A stretch of DNA of 64,000 nucleotides from Mytilus trossulus (lineage: Eukaryota). The translations under genes and the position numbers were made by a program. Below the pieces are notes generated by a model, which saw only the letters and a program-made list of their open reading frames with translations, made no database searches and was not told the origin of the DNA. Of the stretch, positions 50,301 to 61,874 are shown in pieces (within the stretch, counting starts at the first letter, position 1; every line of letters begins with the position of its first letter). The stretch spans positions 49,414,001-49,478,000 of the forward strand of contig NC_086386.1 of assembly GCF_036588685.1 (NCBI RefSeq). The letters are read 5' to 3'.

Positions 50301-53288
50301 TAGACAATGTTACCTGATCTGAGGTTCATGTTTAAGATCTTCATTAACAGGAACTTGAACCCCTTTCTCCCAGTCTTGTTTCCAGGAATCTGTTATATAT
50401 AGGTACTCTTCTGGGACTAATTGTTCAGAGTCAGCAAGTTTCATAGCACTAATCAAGTCTTTCCTGAACAACTGAAACAAATAAAAAAAAAAAAATCAAT
50501 GTAAAGATTGTTTTCAGTTGGTTTTTTTTATATTCAATCTTTCACTACATACAGCAATACATTTTAACCCTTTCAACAGTCTCATTATTTATGTAGAATT
50601 TTAAACAAAATATATTTCTATCGATCTACAAAAAAAAAAACTTGTTCAAACTTATTACTGCTCTGCCACAACTAGTAAGAACTTATTACTGCTTGGAATA
50701 ATTATTACTATCGTATATGTCAATATTCTCCACAGTTATTTCATTTAAAATCCTGGAACATTGAAATACCATCTTGTTTCTAAAAAATCATAACATCATA
50801 TTCATAAAATAATCTATAAGAAAACCAATTCAGATAGAATCAAAAGGCCCTGGGGAACAGTATGTTCCAATGCTGTTGCATAGTTAACAAATTCCAGGCG
50901 TTTCAACTTTCAAAGATCTGACAGCTCAAATTTTTCTTTTTACAAATTGCTTTAAATGGGTCAATCTCTCTGTTGTTCTTTTTATAGTCATGAATAGTAC
51001 TTGGGGAATATTCTTTAAAATTGAGGAAGCAAACAACAGCTATTTTAACTATATTAAGGAAGCTTATCTGTAACACAAATAATTGCAACTGCTTTTAACT
51101 GTTTTTTCTGCTGTTGAACTGTACACTTTTGTTTTTAGGCTAATAGTTTTTCACAATTGAACAGTTTTACATTTTTCGTGTCTGGGGCTTTTAAAGTTAA
51201 CTACAAGATATTGTTGTAAGTCATTGCTGTAAGCTGTAGGGTTGCCTTTAATCTTACATCCACTTTACTGAAACTCTGGTTGTCTTATTGGCAATCATAT
51301 TCATTTTTTTTTTACTTTACATTTAAAAGTTTTACTAGAACAGATGCATTTTAGGTATAGATCCTCAAATAAATATCATGACACTGGTATCATTATTGGA
51401 CATTTTTGTAACTGACAAATGCTATACCTCTGCAGGTTTCTGGTGTACGATTGTTGGTGCAGGACTTTTAAGTTGACCTTTACATAGTGAACCTGAAAAT
51501 ATATTATAAACATTTTCAATAATCAACAACACACAGAATTTTAATCATTATTTGCTGACCTTGCTAATTCTAATAACTGCACATTAACTTTATTTTAGTA
51601 TATTACCAATGCAAAAATTGGTGTAGTTAGTAACTTATGTGTTTTGTATAAAAAAAAAGTTAAAACCACTTTATTTTTTCATTATTGCTTGAATTTCTTT
51701 TGTAATAATTTTTTTTTTAAATTTCAATTGCCATTGAAATAAATGAAAACATTAATTTATAAATACACTCTTAAAAAATCTATTAAAAAATATCAATTCC
51801 ATTTATAAAATTTTAACTTGTCATTTTTCTAACTAATAAAATGTTCAGGTATTTAAAGTTTTTGAAAAAGATACAATATGCAAAGGGAACTAACTGCTAA
51901 TATTCATCATTGGTTAAAATCATTTCATTAAGGTCGTCAAAATGCTTCATATTTATCTTAAAGCTAATGTTTTACAATTCATTTCTTACCCTTCTATGCT
52001 TTATTTTATACAAACTGATAAATTTCTCCCAGTTTAAATAACATAATTGTTCAAGTAAATCATAGACTATGGCCAAAGGGAAGTAACCCATTACTGATAT
52101 TACTTGTTATAATATATAGCTTTAAAATGTAGATCCCAAAAGTTTTAACAGAGTTATGTTTATATAAAGTTATTTCCTTATAGTGGATGATAAGGACCTC
52201 ACATTATACTATTCAATATAAAAAGCATTTAACAACAAAGTTCCTTTTTGATATGTGCACCATACCTGATCCTTCGCCTGTAGTAAACACTGATTCATCT
52301 TCAACAATGTCTATATCTGTGCATGTCTTTTTTGTAGGCCTTTCTTCATCTACAAAGCAGATCAGACAATGAACATATATTTTACAATTTTTTTTATTGA
52401 AGCGTAATTACAAAGTATGGAAACTAGTCAGCTGTTCATTGCGTTCTTTTTGGTTTGAAAAATTGTACACCAAATATTTAAACATATTTGATTTTAATTC
52501 TGAACATGTTCTCTGCAAATAATAAAGGAGTCAAACAAAAGGCAGATGATGGAATTAGAAGTTTTTAACCCTAAAGAGGATAAAGAATATGGAACAGACA
52601 GTCCAACAAAATTACAAACTGTCTTGTTACTTAAAATCCCTTGAAGGAACAGAAAGTATAAATATAAATATTCCTGAAAGTGTTCAGCACTGGAAGGCCC
52701 AGAAGAACATGATGTTTTTGAACTATAATATACATTTTACTTATTCAATTGACTAATCACAAGCTTAGATATAAATGCTTTTTCTGTTTTAAATATATAC
52801 ATTCTTATTCTTATCATTATAATTGCATATCATGATTTATAGATATAGAAAGATGTGGTATGAATGCATGACTAATTGATTCAGGTCACTAAAGTTCACT
52901 CAGTCTAAAATAGAGTTACGCACCCTTGAAATTTTGTGCCTTAAAAAATTCCTGGGGAGAACACTGTTCAGTAACAGTTGATATATTGCCTCCGACAATA
53001 AGAGAAATCCCTACCTAGTACCCTTAATAAGTTATACAAAGCCAACTGTGTCATTGAATTCATACTAAATATAAGAACTATAGCTTTCACAAACAAACCT
53101 GTGACATGGAAACAAAGCAAACTAAAATATAATGATTCTGAGTAAAAGCATATCCAAACAGTTCACCAAAACGAAACACTGTATTTTTCACATTTGTTCT
53201 GTTTCCATGGTAACAGCAGCCATCTTGTACTATTATTAAACTTACCAGACATGTCTTCCCGAACTCTCTTGCTTTTATTTGGTGGCAT
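32321..53288 (-). CDS. JADE: Jade family (JADE1/2/3, PHF15-17; Rhinoceros-like) PHD-finger scaffold of the HBO1 acetyltransferase complex, about 1032 aa
   Basis: 16 coding exons with GT-AG borders and consistent phases, total 3099 nt: 53246-53288, 52266-52349, 51428-51492, 50314-50471, 48685-48726, 47907-48067, 41308-41366, 40833-40922, 39239-39301, 38583-38701, 38208-38313, 37505-37681, 36843-36979, 35619-35739, 34729-34854, 32321-33868. Motifs: [123 protein letters not shown]. Confidence 0.95.
35797..36502. mobile_element. Non-autonomous Kolobok-like DNA transposon in a Jade intron
   Basis: Perfect 22-bp TIR GGTAGCACAATACAAAGATTGT, TTAA TSD, purine-purine (GG) terminus. Confidence 0.85.
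39791..40650 (+). repeat. 24-bp intronic tandem array (GTCATTATTTCAGACATCTTATAT), about 35 copies
   Basis: Directly visible between Jade exons. It generates the MSEIMTYK and HLICHYFR pseudo-ORFs. Confidence 0.97.
41891..45343 (-). CDS. LINE ORF2: AP endonuclease, reverse transcriptase and C-terminal CCHC zinc knuckle (1150 aa)
   Basis: EN motifs WNCRG, CLSEHWL, GDFN, IDHI, SDH. RT motifs [32 protein letters not shown]-terminal CDKC...EHLLVSC. Confidence 0.96.
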   Translation of the reverse strand: MSLNIACWNCRGIMSAVPYLQEFLNDNKIDVICLSEHWLRKSQFHFLNSIDKQNYLVFGKCADEHCPEKYSFSARGGVAIMVSKTLSPYVTELVIDSNRICGIELKLPNLPSIFFLSIYLPAITQPNEAFVNELEYLMDIYKSYSNHGTVFILGDFNCKIGGPRYSFTQDRRSQLLESLLIDNNSISLHVQDFAKGPVCTFQSYEDGPKTGIDHIVTNNENTRDIYNVFVPDESIFNVSDHKPIACTLLIEQCHADSDNLYESVMADKVSWTKALETNSVNDYSFAVSQFLWSVQMPSQPATKEDIELYYKTIIVAIQKADKETLPHKQFVKHIKPYWTKVVDLSHKTMLNKRSLWILNGKVHDRSDQFFADYKHAKRTFRNEMDKAYNEHIMNIANRMEESIDNDQRYVWSVLKSRRKQKTFCRELNLNGVTHTNESEICEAWADHFESIFQFDSKLTNSANINLVKLKVNKIRQTQKEIKVPINPFEFEEIYNICKCLCNNKSTGLDNVSYEHIKYGGKTLQKHLCNLFNLIIQTRYTPLDWKTSVIIPLFKGGHKNKTDPNSYRGISLTSCIAKIFEKSLYPRFDSLHIKFPHQSQMAYQKELSSIHASFNLQEPIRHYIERNSDVIVVLLDSTKAFDTVWHDALLCKLHKYGVTGDLWLLIDEMYSEMRSSVLFNGRLSRWFELKRGVRQGGVLSALLYLVYINDLLCDIEDSKLGCVLLDISVSSSVQADDIALLSTTEKGMQHLINMCQTYSEKWAFKFSPTKSNVLHYSKKNKNVSSNLTLYNDIIPLVTSAKHVGILLNCKFRSMDQTLNACRVLRSTALSVLNSGIHPSILNPLTCSKIILQICYSKALYGCELWNNLTQTEITMLERSHRFVCKIIQGLPKRTRSDKCTSLLGWFSVESIINRCKLLFFGRLCRLKSSALPKRIMISRLMEFKHKCVPEQLGFIPDIYKAAEKYNITDYIVNFANTGSFPSKKLWSVIVNQNINASEETWWSYRISCDNDFYMFRRIHSAIKPHKAWTIAKQFPELRASAKYVIDLCSIVRYEDGHLLCDKCGKFFLNIVEHLLVSCDFIQDKRDDLWQDIININPIQFSVFMDSLSAHEFTTTILSCNTSYELENDELTFFSKTCVRHVEKICRDFYNR
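45344..47209 (-). CDS. LINE ORF1: coiled-coil plus C-terminal RRM-like nucleic-acid-binding protein (621 aa)
   Basis: Directly upstream of ORF2. Long heptad-rich central region, then RFYVGGI...[11 protein letters not shown], typical of LINE ORF1 RRM-like domains. Confidence 0.88.
   Translation of the reverse strand: MNNLTELRPSDLLVHSSFIDSQFDPFDDLLSSQRQTNIIIDVPSNTSNISNDTSITKSIIKFIQDELLSLPKDSFVSKLIDKCQNAHCEIDDIRYALLEIAKCQHNFPYLNATLKKRLYPRKPNGESVENKLGSDCYALYLASLGEYTEDLRLTLNTRSHTQSARKISTADENNQTHSSEFSQNLCLKETLVRIEREINTLKGDYTQEIEYLNKTVSVLVRENKQLVNANQKNNDRLRNFQNQISSLRDNNENLAKTVNNMSVVTHEAEMICKSNKLEIEKSSGTFRNKLDEYENSIQQLTTDVNKIKNDFKTVKLDVNELRSSVKSESCRINQLSDTRAQGVVSLKTKTNIMSDKLKEFDDELKKVNIDCCSHTRSISDLRKRIINTEKDVKVLDKSTKSYADILKSKSKQVTASAEALDNYNVIESDLSQSTKPIQRNTINEHSNSLVDSHTKHVRSSDVSNLSVLVKDIHVQSNVVNPAPSTSIENKIKNTNNNISGNEQNTNIQVHFPTSMCNPTTVDNFRGFVKKTRLRVSRFYVGGIDKHNSCEESMREYLAARGVNVTHLRYFDKQNRRTASAQLNIDAQCESLIRDPSFWPEGIFLKEWLPWSVFLSSKTEHP
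49333..49597 (+). repeat. 66-bp tandem repeat, 4 copies
   Basis: Unit tgtttaacaatcagttacatccaaaaacaagaatgtgtccccagtactcggatgccccatctgcac. Confidence 0.9.
49557..49990. mobile_element. Second copy of the Helentron-associated-like element
   Basis: aacaagaatgtgtccccagtacacggatgcccc start, shared core, gacggataaacgaacggac tract, terminal hairpin cccataaattggg, A/T-run flanks. Contains a small insert bounded by CAGTCTGCA/TGCAGACTG (about 49700-49854). Confidence 0.6.
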
Positions 53289-54086
53289 CTTGCTGCAATT
53301 TTATCCTCTCCGTATTGAATATTTCTGAAAAAAATATTAATGGACATTTCAAATTTTTGTAAACCTTATTATCTTCTCTTCCACAATTAAACTATAGATA
53401 CATTATTCATCATTATATGTATCTTTCAACTCACAACAGGCATAAATAGATAGAATACATTAATTATATATATAATTGACAACAAAATGAGAATACAAAT
53501 GTATCTGGGTCCTAAATAAGGAGCCTCTGGCCTTTGAATTCTTTAATTTCAGTTCATTTATTATTAAAAAAAAAAGTGACTCCTGTACACAGAGGTTGTC
53601 CTCAGCTGGCCTCTAAATTGAATCTAAACTAGAATCCAATGAGGAAAATTTGACAAATCACAGTAAAGTTTCAACCAATTTGACACTAGTTGTAGCTGAA
53701 AATAACCGTTGAACACCTGACGGTAAAGGACATTACCATCCTGAAGGACAATAAGAGCTATGTCCTATGATTTAGAGATAATTTGGGGAATAGCTGATCA
53801 TCAGTCATGTAAACAGAACCAATCAGACATAATTGGGAACTAAATATAGTGAAAAAGATTTGAATCTAGGACTTAAACAATCTGTCTTCAGAGGGAGCGT
53901 CTTCAAAACTGATCAGAAGGTCACGTAAGAACCCACAGGTGCATTGAGACGATATAAACAATGTAGATTTATGAAATATTTAGGAGCCCAATTTTGAGAC
54001 GCAGAACACGAAGAACTGTGCAGTTTACATACTAATTGAAGAATACTAAATGTATAAAACAACTTTTTTAGTCGTGACAGGTATAC

Positions 54087-54280
54087 CTGATTCCCAATTT
54101 TATCTGTAAAATAGCATTTTTTGGTTGAATTTCACAATTTCAGCAAAAATTGGCGCCATCATGGCGATTTGGATAATTTTGTGTTCACGGGATTTGAGCG
54201 AGATAAAACGACAGTTGGATAAAAACTAATGATTTAGTCGAACCGGGAGATAACGCGAAATAATTCCGTGCCGACTAATG
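54087..54280 (-). promoter_or_regulatory. Probable non-coding first exon and promoter of the Jade gene
   Basis: Donor tcag|gtatac at 54087/54086, local CpG enrichment, and YY1-like ATGGCG motifs (ggcgccatcatggcg near 54151-54165). The start-codon exon begins at an acceptor (53324), so an upstream exon is required. Confidence 0.5.
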
Positions 54281-54869
54281 AAACCATGGATTTTACTTTA
54301 CAAATTTTCGGCTTGGTTGGAATTTAATAATTTTAAGTCAATTTTGAATATTATTAAAGAAAGAAAAGAATACAATACAGAATATAAATTCTATATTACT
54401 GTGGATTGTAAACTTGGAATTGACAGTAAATGGTAAAATAAATTAGTTGGGGATATTTTTGTTTTCATTATAAATGTATACTGAAAAATCTGGTTGAATC
54501 CACCATTTTCTACCTAGTGCCTGTACCACGTCTGGAATGTGATAGTTGTTCTCCATTCGTTTAATGTGTTTGAGCTTCATAATTCCGCCATTTGATAAGC
54601 GTGGACTTTCCGGCCTTTTTGAATTTTCCTCGGAGTCAGTCAGACTTTTTGTGAGTTTACTTTATATAAATAAAACATGCAAAGTGAGCCCGACAGCTAT
54701 ATAATATGAAAGTCGACTATTTGGGCATAAGCAAAAATTTTCATTTATAAAACCATATCACAAACTAGTAAACAGCAAATAAAATGGATTATGAGCATAT
54801 TATGTTTCACTCCGCATAGGCACTTGACTCAGAAAAACATTTGAATCCTATACATACCTTAAATATAAG

Positions 54870-55530
54870 GAGTCTAAATTGAAAACTACGTTCAAACTTA
54901 TGATTGCGTTGAATAAAAGCCACAATTTTTATACGTGTGCATGTAAAACAAATGTCGTTGTAGAAGGGTCTAAATACAGCACAAACAATTTTCCAAAAGA
55001 CCAAAAAAGTGAAAAAGTATATTTAAACAAAACGCATTTGACTCAGTAACAGGTCGAACAACTAATGTTCTCTAACCCTGCTGATTGCCATTGGCGATTG
55101 CCAAATAAAATTAATCACAAGATGTATCAAAATGGATCTTAATATAAATTTAATACTAAACAGAAAAAAAATAACTTGTGGCCACGATGTTATGCCCAAA
55201 CATAAGGTGTCAATATTTTTTCGACCGTCAATAATGGCTCTTCAGTGATGTTAGGGATCGAAACGGTATTAGGAAGGCCATATAAATTGTACCCTCATTT
55301 TGAGATAGACTCTTGAATTTTAAGAGTCAATATAGGATGAACGGATCATAAAAACCGGAGGGAAAATATGATACAAGCCCAAACGAAAAAAATATAAACG
55401 AGTCTAAATTGAAAACTACGTTCAAACCTATGATTGCGTTGGATAAAAACCGCAATTTTTATACGTGTAAAACAAATTTCGTTGTAGAAGGGTCTAGATA
55501 CAGAACAAACAACATTTTCCAAAAGACCAA
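54870..55530 (+). repeat. Direct repeats of about 130 bp (54870-55003 and 55400-55530) with adjacent accttaaata(t)taagg hairpins
   Basis: gagtctaaattgaaaactacgttcaaac...ttttccaaaagaccaaa occurs twice. Confidence 0.8.
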
Positions 55531-56374
55531 ACCTTAAATATTAAGGTATATATAGGAAATGTTTATTTAGGATCTTTAGGACCTTAAATATTAAGGTATA
55601 TATACGAAATGTATATATAGGTATCGTTTTTTCGAAGACAAGTGCCTTTGCAGATGTGCCGCGGTTAAAACCCACTTCATCGGGGAATTTTCCAAATATA
55701 TTTTGCCTTTTTTAATGCAAGACCTAGCGCAATCATGATAGCCATATATATGTATTCGAAATGTATAACAATATTTGATAAGGTATGTTTTTGTTTTTTT
55801 TCAAAATATATGAAAGGGTGAGATACTGGATAACTCAATTTTCATTGAATGCCCAACCATACCATTCCGGCACTAAGAATGGTGAATAATAAAATGCGAT
55901 TCGAAAAGACCAAATTTATAATTTTCCAGCCATTTGTCGACATGAATCATTGTATCATCAGGTTACTATATTATATATATGTAACCATAGATTGCATGTG
56001 ATATAAGATAAGGAGATGTGGTTTGATTGCCATTTAGACAACTATCCACTTAAGTCCAAAAGACATAGATTTAAGCAACTACTAAGTCACCATACGGCAT
56101 TTAACAATGAGCTATTTAAAATTCATACCGCTAAGCCACTGAAATGAAAATTCAAACCAAACCAACATGTGAAATACTGGTAAGGTAAATAAAACACAAA
56201 AAGGTCTACTTTATGACAAATAATAAACGGAAAACAAATATTACAGGAAGCAAGCAACGACAATCACTGTATTACAAGCTTCTGAATTAAAGTAACATAT
56301 GGCAGGTTGAAACAAACCTTTGATCGCTTCCCTTTTATTAACATGAGATAGTAGTGTAACAGGACTCCGTAAAA

Positions 56375-57117
56375 TCCTTTTGCGCCAATTACTATTTTTC
56401 AGGGGCATCATTTGCCCCAAATTTTGTTTTCCAAATGTATTAATTGGAACTCATTTGCGCCAATTTACCTGTACACATATCTTTAATACAAATTTCAATG
56501 ATTAATATGTATTCTTATTTTTGGCTGAAAAAGTATCATATGTTCGGAGATATTTCACCATGCCTGTAGATGAGCATTTGGAGAGAAATGACTTGAAATG
56601 CATTAGACAGTCCATGCATAGAGAGAGAAGAAAACTTATTGCTTTGCTAAATGTCAAATAAAAAATATACCAAAAGCGAAGAAAATAGAAGCTTTTGCTG
56701 ATAATGTTTTAGCCGCATATGTTGATGACACAGTGCTGCAAGTTTGCTCCCACCGTCCGTATCGGCTAAACTCTATCAACCGCAAGACGTAGCAGTAATG
56801 GAGCAGAAGCATTCTTCAGGAATTATCATGAACTGTTTTGTGCATTTCATCCTTCAATGTTTTTTTACAATGAAGTGAAGTTACAAGCTACTAAATACAT
56901 TAAACTTCGAAGTACCAAAGCAGCAACATTTTCGGTTCCGAGTCCGATCCGAATAAAGGAGAAGGGAAGTCATATTTCTTTTAATTGGCGCACTCGTATG
57001 TTTTCTTTTGGCGCAAATGATACCATGTAATTTTAAAACAGGTGGCGCAAACGTGGCATTGGAGAAAAAAAGTTGTGGCGCAAAAGGATGCATTTTTGGC
57101 GCAAACGGATCTCTCCC
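56375..57117. mobile_element. Degenerate TIR element with subterminal TTTGCGCCA repeats
   Basis: tttgcgccaa motifs at the left, several tggcgcaaa at the right, and c(c)gtaaaa on both flanks. Confidence 0.5.
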
Positions 57118-59164
57118 GTAAAAATGGCTTTGCTCACTAGATTGACAGGCAGCAAAATAGAAGATGACAACCCCCCCCCCCCTCCCCCCGAAAAAAAAAC
57201 AATACCAAAAAAACAACAAACAAATAAAAAACAAAACAAAAAAACATAACTCGCAGAAAGACAGGATTAAGACATTAAATAGTGTTCAAAATAACAACTA
57301 ATAAATAAATGATCCCGTTTTCCCAGAATAAGATATACAATAATTTTTCTTGTATTATTGTATGATTGATTTCGACTTTATTCAGAAACTATAAGTTAGT
57401 GGGTAAAATTCGGTGTAAACTGCATGCATTGAATTTCGTTGCATCAGTGACTTGGCTATTCTTTCAATTCATTTTGCCGATCATGTTGCTCCTCGAGTAG
57501 TCAACTATTTATCATACATCCTTTGACTATGACATTGTTTGGTTTATGCGTTCCTGATGGAGTTGAATCCAGTTAATATATCATCGGATTCGGACGAACA
57601 TCAAAGCCTTAATCTACATACATTTTTTTTGTAAATTGGTGGATACACTGCCAGAGTGCTTCGATATCAACTTTATCTATTCATTCATAAACAACTGCAT
57701 GTATCAAATTCTCTGTTTTAAATTATTTTATAATAACGTCCAAACTGGTTAAAGGGCAAGGTTGGGTCAAGGTTGATCGTTGATTTGAAGCATTAACTTG
57801 TCCAAAATCGTTAAAGGACAAGGTTGATCGTTGATCTGAAGCATTGGCTTGGTTATTCGTTTTTATACGGGCTGTCGTTTTCCATTTGTGCAAGATAAAC
57901 ATTTGTTTTTGACAATTACTATCTTAATTAAATGTGTACGGCTGTACGCGTATCAACCCTTTTAGTCCTAGATCCTACACAATTTGACATTGCCCAAAGC
58001 CGGCATCATGCTTTTCTTATACGACTTTTGACATCTTTACGCTAAATTCGTTGGATGTGTACTGGTTTATATTTTTGTCTGCGAAAACATGTTTCACAAG
58101 TTCAGTTTTTGTCGTTGGTTGCAGTCATTTTTTTTATTGGTTGTAACTTTTATTAGAACATTGGTTTTCTCTTGATTTTTTCTTCAAATTTATTCATGAC
58201 GAGACCTTTAGTTGTTTACAATAAGGTATGGGTTTTGCGCACTTTGCCCCTTAGCAATTTGCTTATACTGAGGTCACATTTTCGAATAATTGTCAATTAA
58301 AGTTTAAGTTAGATGAATTTAGCTGTTTTCCCCCCTTTTGTTTATATATATTACTACATTGTTATATTTGGTCATATTGCTCTTAACGTTTTTACATATT
58401 CATACATCATATAGCTTTCAAATGTTTGGGTTTGAACGTATCTAAATAAAGATCATATAAAAAAAAGAAGATGTGGTATGATTGCTAATGAGACAACTAT
58501 ATATCAACGAAAGACCAAAATTACACAGACATTAACAACTATTGGTCACCGTACGGCCTTCAACAATGAGCAAAGCCCATACCGCATAGTCAGATATAAA
58601 AGGCCCCGATAAGACAATGTAAAACAATTCAAACGAGAAAACCAACGGCATCGGTCTAGATTGTGGCTACCACAGAAAAACGATCAGACAAAATTGCCTT
58701 CTGTTATGTTTGCTTCAGAAATCCATTACCAACGTTAACAGAATCAGCAAAGGCAAAGATTTTTAAAATTACTAAATTATTAAATGCTCCATCATAAGGA
58801 ACGTTGCTGGTTTTTCCAAGTGCTACACGGAAAGTTCCAAACTCTTTTTAAATTATTAACATAATTTTTTATCAGAAATCAAAGCCGGGCTTCAAAGTTA
58901 TTGCGAAACTACCTTTTTTAGATGTGGCGTAAATCAAAAGTAGATATTAAAAAAATCTTTTAGAGTACATACAATCTAAGACTCTTTCATCTTGCAACAG
59001 TATAAAACCATGTGTTTCTTCTACACTTTAATCAAGTATTCCCCATTCTAAACTTAAAGACAATCTTCAAGTAAAGGGTCGTTCCTGCTTTGTTTCATAA
59101 AAAAAATGACCAACGTGAAATACAAGTATATCGGCTAAGGTAGGATAAATCTATAATAAGTGAC

Positions 59165-59385
59165 ATTATCAGGATGCTTGATTTTTAATATACAATATTT
59201 TTGTTCCGTTTGGAGGACGTGTTTTCAATAAACAATCGGCATTCCCATGGGAACAAACTGTCTTGCTGACTTGTTCCTATATATTTATATGAGGCTCTCT
59301 TCATACAGGAGCTTCTAAAATAAGTTTGCAGTATCCTTTTAATTTCCGCTATATAGATGATGTTCTTTCACCAAATAATTCAAAA
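59165..59385 (+). pseudogene. Decayed Penelope-like reverse transcriptase fragment
   Basis: Frameshifted translation gives FGGRV..TIGIPMGTNC..LADLFL..FRYIDDVLS. Confidence 0.75.
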
Positions 59386-59805
59386 TTTACCTTTTCATGC
59401 GGAGATTGACTTAGTTTGGGAAAGTTTAAAAAGTAACATATAAAACGAAATAACTGAATCCAAGTAAAATTCAAAACCAAATGCTTTATCAGCTGTCTGG
59501 CGAGTTAACAAATTGCCGGTGAGCGTGGTCGGAGTTGTATTTAGAGGACGTCACAGCCTGAAGCCATGTATATATTCACTACAGTCACTATATATTTATA
59601 TATAAATGACTTTAAAAAAAATCATACCTTGAACCTTTGTTTTTCTCTTATATACTCTTATTCATGTATTCTGTATTATATGTCAGTATTCTCAAGTAAT
59701 TAGATTTTAAGAAGCCAAGTCAATATATGCACTATATATGCTTCACAAGGAATGTGTTTTTTTTATTTTAATTTTCATAAAAAAACATGCCAAATCATAG
59801 GAAAT

Positions 59806-60237
59806 CAGTGGCGGATCCAGAAATTTTCATAAGTAGGGGCCCACTGACTGCCGACATAAGAGGGGGCCCGCTCCGTCAGTCACGCAGGGACGTATATAGA
59901 GGAATAGGTAACTTCTTAACAATCCTTGTTGCGATAAAAAAAATATGTAGAGAATCATTGGAGAAACCACACTGTACACCTTAAAACTTTAAAAGTTGTT
60001 AATGGATTTTAATGAAATAAAGATTTTCTTAAACTTAAATGATTCCTACATTGATAGAATTAATTTGGTTAATAATTTTCATGTCCTTCATGTAATTTGA
60101 ATTATTTAAGAAAGGAGGGTAATTAATATAAGTCCTTGGTTCACGCTTTAGTGATTTTCCTATATAAGCAACCATTTTTTCCCCAAAAGGGGGAGCACGG
60201 GCCCCCTGCCACCCCCACCCCCCTAAATCCGCCTCTG
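59806..60237. mobile_element. hAT-like MITE containing a nested insertion
   Basis: Ends CAGTGGCGGATCC / aaatccgcctctg. An internal segment (about 59885-60138) is bounded by cagggacgtata / tataagtccttg. Confidence 0.55.
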
Positions 60238-60242
60238 GAAAC

Positions 60243-61524
60243 AGTGGCGTAGCTAGGTCATTTTTACGTGTACGCCCGAACCTCGATAAGGGGCCTGAAT
60301 GCCCAAGCGGTTCCAGGCAAAACAAATGCTGGACGTTGATAAGCAGGGAATAGCCTCCGGAAGTTTTAGAGTAATAGAGAATGTCATAAAATTCCTGTCA
60401 TTAAAAACTCACAAATAACAACATTTGTAGATTCAATATACATTTTTTTTATGTTTAATCTATGTGTTTAAACTCTATTTAGAATGAATCTAATGACGGT
60501 CAATGGTTTAATTTGGAGTAAACGTCCAAACCATGCAGTTACCTTTAAAAACTATGATTAAAGGGATCCCTGGATTACCTTCAATCATTATCAAAACAGT
60601 ATGCGTGGTTTTTCATTTAGGATTTTTTTTACTTTATGAAAACAAGATGGATCAATCGCAGAAAAAATTTCTCGACTTCTTCATGTTCTTTGGTAAAATG
60701 TTTTCATCTGAAATTGAACCTAGCAAAGCGATGGCTTCTGCATCTGTCAATCTGACGTAGCAACGTAACTAGATCTTACAAGTATTTGAAATCTTGCAAT
60801 ATGTTACTAAACAATGACCAGATTGTCTGACATTAATCATGCAAAAACTAAAAAAGGAACAAAAAAAATGGTTTCTTAAATTAACAGTGAAAAAAAAACT
60901 TCAAGGAAATTTAAGTACATTCGATGAAGGTTTAACAAAGTAATTGATATGTAATTAATTTTAACATAACACTGTAAATGCCAAAAAAAAATAATAAATA
61001 AACATAATTTGGGAAACTCATCATATATTTATTTCGTCAATATGCTCTGTATACTCGTTTGAGCATAAACAGTTTTTGTCTAGCTACCGTAAAATTTCAC
61101 AAATGTTTGACAAAGTTATTTATATCTTAAAAACTAAAACAACGCAATGAACCTGCATGTACATAGTTATCATATTGGCACTGTCGACGAAATTTACGAT
61201 GAAAATAGCTCGCTTTCGCGACATAACTGTCAATGGCTTGACAAAAAATAAAAACTACATATCGAATCTTAGCCGTCATAATGTATTGCTTAAAAAAATA
61301 AAAGGAGAGAGAGAGTATAGAATTAACGGTAGATTTAGAATTTGACAGAAATAATATGAAACTAATTTTCGTCACTTTTATTCGCAATTACAAGCCATTG
61401 AAGAGAGAATAAGAAGGATCAACTGTTAACCAATTCTTTTATTTTTATTTATACGAAAATATTTTTTAATTTTTTATTCAAGTGTACGCCCGGGCGTTTT
61501 GACGTCAACGTAGCTACGCGCATG
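60243..61524. mobile_element. hAT-like non-autonomous element adjacent to the previous one
   Basis: Ends CAGTGGCGTAGCTAG / cgtagctacgcgcatg, with subterminal gtgtacgcccg at both ends. Confidence 0.5.
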
Positions 61525-61807
61525 GGAAATATCACATACAAATATTTTTTACCAGTATTCTCATGTAATTAGATCTTTTAAATTACGCACTCTGCTATTC
61601 AAATGATCCTACATAGCTATGGATTTTTCTTTTTTAATCCGTTTAATACTGAATAAATAAAAGTCATTTTTTTTTTATATTTTGAGGCAAAAATGTGTAT
61701 GATAGATGTCGAAAGCGACCTGAAGTTGACCTCGTATGCATACCTACTTGAGAAGTGGGTGTGTCAGTCAAAATTGCCCGGATGTTAGGCGTGGTAATGG
61801 GCAAAAC

Positions 61808-61874
61808 ATGGCGACAGACGGGAAGATATCCGACACGGGTAACGGGGAAAATAACACAGAATTCGATTGCTTTG
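61808..61874 (+). CDS. Probable first coding exon of an unidentified gene continuing beyond the window
   Basis: aaaacATGGCG start context in a CpG-rich patch, MATDGKISDTGNGENNTEFDCF, then a strong donor G|gtaag. A candidate acceptor lies at 63971 (tttttcag), but direct splicing to it gives an early stop, so the structure is unresolved. Confidence 0.5.

Noticed and set aside
57545-57600. Possible further hammerhead (gcgttcctgatggag...)
   Set aside because: No GAAA box or pairing stems could be assigned.
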